Source: a virus (Duplodnaviria > Heunggongvirae > Uroviricota > Caudoviricetes). Taken from it: a DNA stretch of 9,294 nucleotides. This document shows, piece after piece, positions 7,372-9,294 of this stretch. Positions within the stretch are counted from its first letter, which is position 1, and every line of letters starts with the position of its first letter. The DNA lies in the IMG/VR virus record IMGVR_UViG_2531839179_000014, one strand, 5' to 3'. Below the pieces are notes generated by a model. It did not search any database, was not told the origin of the DNA, and saw nothing but the letters and a program-made list of their open reading frames with translations. The position numbers and the translations under genes are program-made.

Positions 7372-7392
7372 TGTAACGCTCGCAGCGTTACA
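7372..7392. promoter_or_regulatory. 21-bp palindrome, copy 1 (TGTAACGCT-cgc-AGCGTTACA), in the intergenic region just upstream of the O-like start
   Basis: Perfect 9-bp arms. Lies between the YdaT-like stop (7447) and the O-like ATG (7359), overlapping the region just 5' of the O-like SD (AAGGTGA). Candidate operator. Confidence 0.55.
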
Positions 7393-7446
7393 TTTAACTG
7401 ATACCGAACAAAACAATCCGGCACGATTAATTTCAATCAATGCACT

Positions 7447-7858
7447 ACGACAGAATCGCCGGGCGACCCACCACCGCTGAAATGTGCTTTCCGGTAAACG
7501 GCCTGGACAGCATCATCATGCGCATCAATTGCCGTACTCAACGCTTCCTGCGCCGCCAGTAATGCACGGCGTTCCAGGGTATCGAAGATACAGAGTCGGT
7601 GACGCAGCTCACGCGGAAGAATTGCCAGAACCGCAGGGATCAGTTTCTGAATTTTTCCCTTTGCGCTTTCGTTTCACCTTTCAACCAACGGTGATAGATA
7701 TTCTGCTGATTGTTCCAGTCCTTGCCTGGTACCAGAGACAATTCGCCGCCCCCCTGCCGCAGATATTCTTCAGTAATTGCGTTAGCGACCCACGCCTGCC
7801 CTTTTTCGGCTGCCAGGGCTAACAGCACTGATTCGATGTGCTCATGCCTGATTTTCAT
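7447..7858 (-). CDS. YdaT-like protein (CII-like regulator or putative toxin family), interrupted by a frameshift at the T5/A5 run at 7652-7656
   Basis: ORF 7640-7858 (MKIRHEHIESVLLALAAEKGQAWVANAITEEYLRQGGGELSLVPGKDWNNQQNIYHRWLKGETKAQREK) continues in another frame as IQKLIPAVLAILPRELRHRLCIFDTLERRALLAAQEALSTAIDAHDDAVQAVYRKAHFSGGGSPGDSVVVH*, ending at 7447. One extra A would restore ~140 aa. Start overlaps the dicC-like stop. Confidence 0.6.
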
Positions 7859-8069
7859 GAATCACCTTCCCAGGTCGTTTTGCCTTACGATATTCGTCAT
7901 AAACTTTGGGGTCGTACTGAAGTTCCCCGCCAGATGCCTCTTGCAGGCGCATCGCGCGACCTTCAGGAACCAGTTCCCCCCATGCAGCAATGCTTGCCAG
8001 CCTAACTCCTGCGGCATTGGCAAGCTTTGTTTTGCTGCCAAAAAACGCTATAGCATCAATTTTCAACAT
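7842..8069 (-). CDS. dicC: Cro-type small DNA-binding protein, DicC/YdaS-like
   Basis: 75-aa ORF divergent from the DicA-like repressor, with strong SD AAGGAG 6 nt upstream. Its size and divergent position match DicC; assigning it to the YdaS/DicC-type Cro-like family is from recollection. Confidence 0.75.
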   Translation of the reverse strand: MLKIDAIAFFGSKTKLANAAGVRLASIAAWGELVPEGRAMRLQEASGGELQYDPKVYDEYRKAKRPGKVIHENQA

Positions 8070-8145
8070 ATCGAGCTCCTTAGATTTTCCTAAGAAAACC
8101 AGATCGTAGAGAAACCTAAGTCAAGAAAAATTAGAATTCCCTAAT
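8070..8145. promoter_or_regulatory. Divergent promoter/operator region between the dicC-like and dicA-like genes
   Basis: Two copies of a 15-bp motif: TTAGATTTTCCTAAG (8080-8094) and GTAGAGAAACCTAAG (8106-8120). A -10-like TAGAAT (8132-8137) lies 8 bp before the dicA-like ATG, which has no SD. Confidence 0.6.
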
Positions 8146-8553
8146 ATGAAAAACGAAACCTTCGGTGCTCGCCTCTTACATAGGCGTAAAAAATTAAAAC
8201 TGTCTCAGGCCGCATTAGGTAAGCTGGTCAAAGTGGCTCACGTAACAATTTCTCAATGGGAAAGAGATGAAACACAGCCGGCGGGGAAAAGATTATTCGC
8301 ACTGAGCCAAGCGCTTCAGTGCTCACCGACTTGGCTTCTTTTTGGGGATGAAGATAAACAACCAGGCGAACCGATCCCGGATAATCAGCCAGCCATTCTG
8401 ACAGAAGATCAAAAAGAGTTACTTCAACTGTTCGACGCACTGCCTGAGTCAGAGCAAAAGGCCCTGTTGTCAGAGATGCGTGCTCGAGTTGAAAATTTCA
8501 ACAAACTTTTTGAAGAACTACTCAAAGCTCGCAAAAGAAGCGCAAACAAATAA
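8146..8553 (+). CDS. dicA: DicA-like XRE-family HTH repressor (no C-terminal peptidase domain)
   Basis: 135 aa. N-terminal HTH LSQAALGKLVKVAHVTISQWERDETQP. Blocks LFALSQALQCSPTWLLFGDEDKQP, ALPESEQ and MRARVENFNKLFEELLKARKR match E. coli DicA as recalled. Confidence 0.8.
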   Translation: MKNETFGARLLHRRKKLKLSQAALGKLVKVAHVTISQWERDETQPAGKRLFALSQALQCSPTWLLFGDEDKQPGEPIPDNQPAILTEDQKELLQLFDALPESEQKALLSEMRARVENFNKLFEELLKARKRSANK

Positions 8554-8619
8554 TCCCCTTTTTTCTCCACACCCTGTAATAAAAAGCACAAACTTTCAAA
8601 CACTTGTGTTTTTTACATC

Positions 8620-8680
8620 AAAAAACTTAGGTTTTTCTACATAAAAATCTTGACCACCCACCTTAGGTTATTCTAAATTT
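8620..8680 (+). promoter_or_regulatory. Promoter/operator region for the ydfA-like operon downstream of dicA
   Basis: Two more copies of the 15-bp motif in inverted orientation: CTTAGGTTTTTCTAC (8626-8640) and CTTAGGTTATTCTAA (8662-8676). They bracket a -35-like TTGACC (8650-8655) with A/T-rich -10 candidates at 8673-8680. Confidence 0.55.
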
Positions 8681-8755
8681 CATTCATCAAGACACCGCAC
8701 GGTGTTCTCAGCAAACAGTTCCGCTACCCCGGCGTTAAGGGGAAATGGGGTCAAC

Positions 8756-8911
8756 ATGAATACTATCGATCTTGGCAACAACGAATCTCTGGTGTACGGC
8801 GTGTTCCCCAACCAGGACGGCACATTCACCGCCATGACGTATACCAAAAGCAAAACGTTTAAAACCGAAGCTGGCGCACGTCGTTGGTTGGGAAGACATT
8901 CAGGTGAGTAA
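8756..8911 (+). CDS. ydfA: YdfA-like small protein (51 aa)
   Basis: Internal ATG of listed ORF 8702-8911, preceded by GGGG 5 nt upstream: MNTIDLGNNESLVYGVFPNQDGTFTAMTYTKSKTFKTEAGARRWLGRHSGE. Position after dicA is as in the E. coli Qin dicA-ydfABC-dicB operon; sequence identity is from recollection. Confidence 0.55.
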   Translation: MNTIDLGNNESLVYGVFPNQDGTFTAMTYTKSKTFKTEAGARRWLGRHSGE

Positions 8912-8912
8912 A

Positions 8913-9116
8913 GTGAACGAGACAGAATTAAAACGCGTTATCGCTCTACTCCCAGAAGATGCAAAACGCCTCCAGCAACTGGAGCCAAATGCAGGCACTG
9001 GGGCACGCATCTGGCTGGCTAAAGAAGCGCTGGAATCTGGCGATTATGATAGCGAAGAAGCCTTCTACAAAGCAGAAGGCCGTGCAGGATATTCACCGGG
9101 TCTTGGCGGGGTATAA
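8913..9116 (+). CDS. Small acidic protein, YdfB/YdfC-like by position
   Basis: Listed ORF 8904-9116; I prefer the GTG at 8913, preceded by SD AGGTGAG (VNETELKRVIALLPEDAKRLQQLEPNAGTGARIWLAKEALESGDYDSEEAFYKAEGRAGYSPGLGGV). Overlaps the ydfA-like stop region. Assignment is positional only. Confidence 0.45.
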   Translation: MNETELKRVIALLPEDAKRLQQLEPNAGTGARIWLAKEALESGDYDSEEAFYKAEGRAGYSPGLGGV

Positions 9117-9294
9117 ATACCATGCGCATTGACTGAATTCGCAAACAAAAACAGACGCGCGATACCCGGATAGTCGGTCTGCATAGTCAGATATCTGGCT
9201 GCGAATTTGATAAATATCACCGCTCTTTTCGGAAACATAAGTTCCGTCCGGGAGTTGATTATACGAACCATCTCCATGGGGGATCGTTCTCCTG

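Noticed and set aside
7484-8440. ORFs 7484-7822(+), 7710-8093(+) and 8228-8440(-)
   Set aside because: They are antisense to the YdaT-like, dicC-like and dicA-like genes and have no independent support.
9065-9277. Minus-strand 70-aa ORF at the right edge, with GGAG 11 nt upstream of its ATG
   Set aside because: It overlaps the 3' end of the ydfB/C-like gene by 52 nt, its translation is low-complexity and Pro/Arg rich at the overlapping end, and I recognise no family. It could be a real convergent gene, but I cannot support it from sequence alone.
9117-9294. Expected DicF sRNA and dicB downstream of the ydfA-like operon
   Set aside because: I see no sequence resembling DicF as I recall it and no terminator-like hairpin with a U-tract here; the downstream region differs from the K-12 Qin arrangement or lies outside the window.
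1-9294. CRISPR arrays, tRNA or rRNA genes, integrase or attachment site
   Set aside because: I saw no direct-repeat/spacer periodicity, no tRNA-like or rRNA-like sequence, and no recombinase ORF. The prophage boundary is replaced by IS remnants.

Overview
This window looks like a mosaic accessory region of an Enterobacteriaceae (E. coli/Shigella-like) chromosome, identified from the sequence and from recalled protein families only; no searches were run. The left ~2.2 kb (1-2170) is a pile-up of broken insertion sequences: an IS630-family transposase split by a frameshift, a ~250-bp 3' remnant of IS30 ending at its right terminus, and the 3' part of an IS3-family OrfB. The rest is a defective lambdoid prophage segment, mostly on the minus strand: a DicA-like repressor (+) divergent from a DicC/YdaS-like Cro-type gene, then YdaT-like, O-like replication initiator, DnaC-like helicase loader, two small putative regulators, an IS10-like element flanked by a direct repeat, and a translationally coupled operon of small proteins ending at a bidirectional hairpin. 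Five genes are interrupted by single-base frameshifts, each at an A/T homopolymer, which may be assembly error rather than biology. The best candidate for an undescribed system is the small-protein operon at 2621-3566, with a thrice-repeated 21-bp palindrome around the replication-initiator gene as the second most interesting signal. No rRNA, tRNA or CRISPR array was seen.
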